NCBI GenBank assembly: GCA_963666835.2
Contig: CAXXGO010000001.1
Coordinates: 960,001-1,024,000 of the forward strand
Origin: Phycisphaerae bacterium
Lineage (GTDB): Bacteria > Planctomycetota > Phycisphaerae > UBA1845
Direction: 5' to 3'
Length of the DNA: 64,000 bases
The notes below the pieces were generated by a model, which was not told the DNA's origin, did not search any database, and saw only the letters and a list, made by a program, of their open reading frames with translations. A program made the translations under genes and the position numbers. This document shows positions 63,133 to 64,000 of the stretch, piece by piece; position 1 is the first letter of the stretch, and every line of letters starts with the position of its first letter.

Positions 63133-64000
63133 ATGCGCATAACCAGACTCGAAGTTTGGCCCGTAAGGATGAAACTGAAGGAACCCTATACGATTGCATA
63201 CGAGACGATCGATCACACCACGAACATCTTCCTGCGAATCGAGACCAGCAAGGGCGTAACTGGGTACGGCTGTGCGGCCCCGGACGAGGGCGTAACGGGA
63301 GAGACCGCAGAGGGGTGTTTGAAGAACCTACAGGAGATCGCGGCCGAGGTGCTTTCGGGAAAAGACCCCACCCGATACGCGTTGTTGCTGGAGCGTCTCA
63401 GCGAAGCCCTCCCGAATGCGCCCTCGGCGAGAGCAGCCGTCGACATGGCCCTGTTCGACATCCTCGGCAAACTGGCCCAGCTTCCCGTCTGGAAGTTGCT
63501 CGGGGGCTACCGCGACCGCATCAAGACCAGCGCTACCATCGGTGTCATGTCGGTGGAGGATACACTGCAGCGAGCCCGAGCACTTGTTGGCGACGGCTTC
63601 CAGTCGCTCAAACTAAAGGGTGGAGTCAATGTTGAGGAAGACATCGCCTGCGTGTTGGCTGTTCGCGATGCCGTCGGCTCAAAGATCGAGCTTCGATTTG
63701 ATGCCAATCAGGGGTGGACGGTCGACGGCTCGCGCCGGTTCGTGGAAGGTACACGACGCGCCAAGCTCGAGCTGATCGAACAGCCCACTCGTCGCGACCA
63801 ACCAGACCTCCTGGGGCGAGTCACTCAGTCTGTGCCCGTGCCCGTAATGGCGGATGAAAGTCTGATGTCGCTTCGTGACGCCTTTCGTCTGGCTCGCAAG
63901 GACTTGGCCGACATGGTGAACATAAAGCTGATGAAGGTCGGAGGGATCTTCGAGGCAATTCAGATTAACGGCGTCGCGCGCGCGGCGCGGCTGGAAGTGA
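63133..64000 (+). CDS. Enolase-superfamily dipeptide epimerase (L-Ala-D/L-Glu epimerase/DgcA-like); runs off the window end
   Basis: Not in the ORF track; MRITRLEVWPVRMKLKEPYTIAY, VTGET, KLKGG, DANQG, EQP, ADES, NIKLMKVGG. Confidence 0.9.
   Translation, partial: MRITRLEVWPVRMKLKEPYTIAYETIDHTTNIFLRIETSKGVTGYGCAAPDEGVTGETAEGCLKNLQEIAAEVLSGKDPTRYALLLERLSEALPNAPSARAAVDMALFDILGKLAQLPVWKLLGGYRDRIKTSATIGVMSVEDTLQRARALVGDGFQSLKLKGGVNVEEDIACVLAVRDAVGSKIELRFDANQGWTVDGSRRFVEGTRRAKLELIEQPTRRDQPDLLGRVTQSVPVPVMADESLMSLRDAFRLARKDLADMVNIKLMKVGGIFEAIQINGVARAARLEV

Overview
GC-rich bacterial chromosomal window. It is most consistent with a Phycisphaerae planctomycete; this is inferred from a GACC Cys-motif protein, very large modular secreted CAZymes and SSS-based sugar uptake. 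It has four blocks. (1) About 3.9-27.8 kb: a SusC/D-less glycan-utilisation locus that looks like an N-glycan dismantling line (lectin-PNGase F, GH38-like, GH130, CBM9-like lipoprotein, two SSS transporters, GH3-GH29 fusion, GH29-PA14, GH2-CBM32, GH20-PA14), with a REP/MITE-like palindromic element inside it. (2) About 28-40 kb: hydrolases (plant-type chlorophyllase lipoprotein, TPR-CocE/NonD, secreted prolyl aminopeptidase), PadR with an apparent CTG start, a methyltransferase, a MacAB-type exporter and a GNAT. (3) About 40-58 kb: a stress/dormancy-type island (FixL/FixJ-like pair, host-attachment/baeRF protein, AcfC-DsrE fusion, MgtE, orphan PTS enzyme I, cytidylate-kinase-like, USP, LonC-like, Fe-SOD, TerC). 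Four promoters here share an identical 66-bp architecture of tandem DosR-box-like sites. (4) 58.4 kb to the end: a translationally coupled operon of PLP enzyme, DUF1611, PP-loop ATPase-creatininase fusion and dipeptide epimerase, of unknown purpose. Several short decayed gene stumps lie in intergenic regions. No rRNA, tRNA, CRISPR array or transposase was seen. All calls come from motif recognition by eye; no searches were run.
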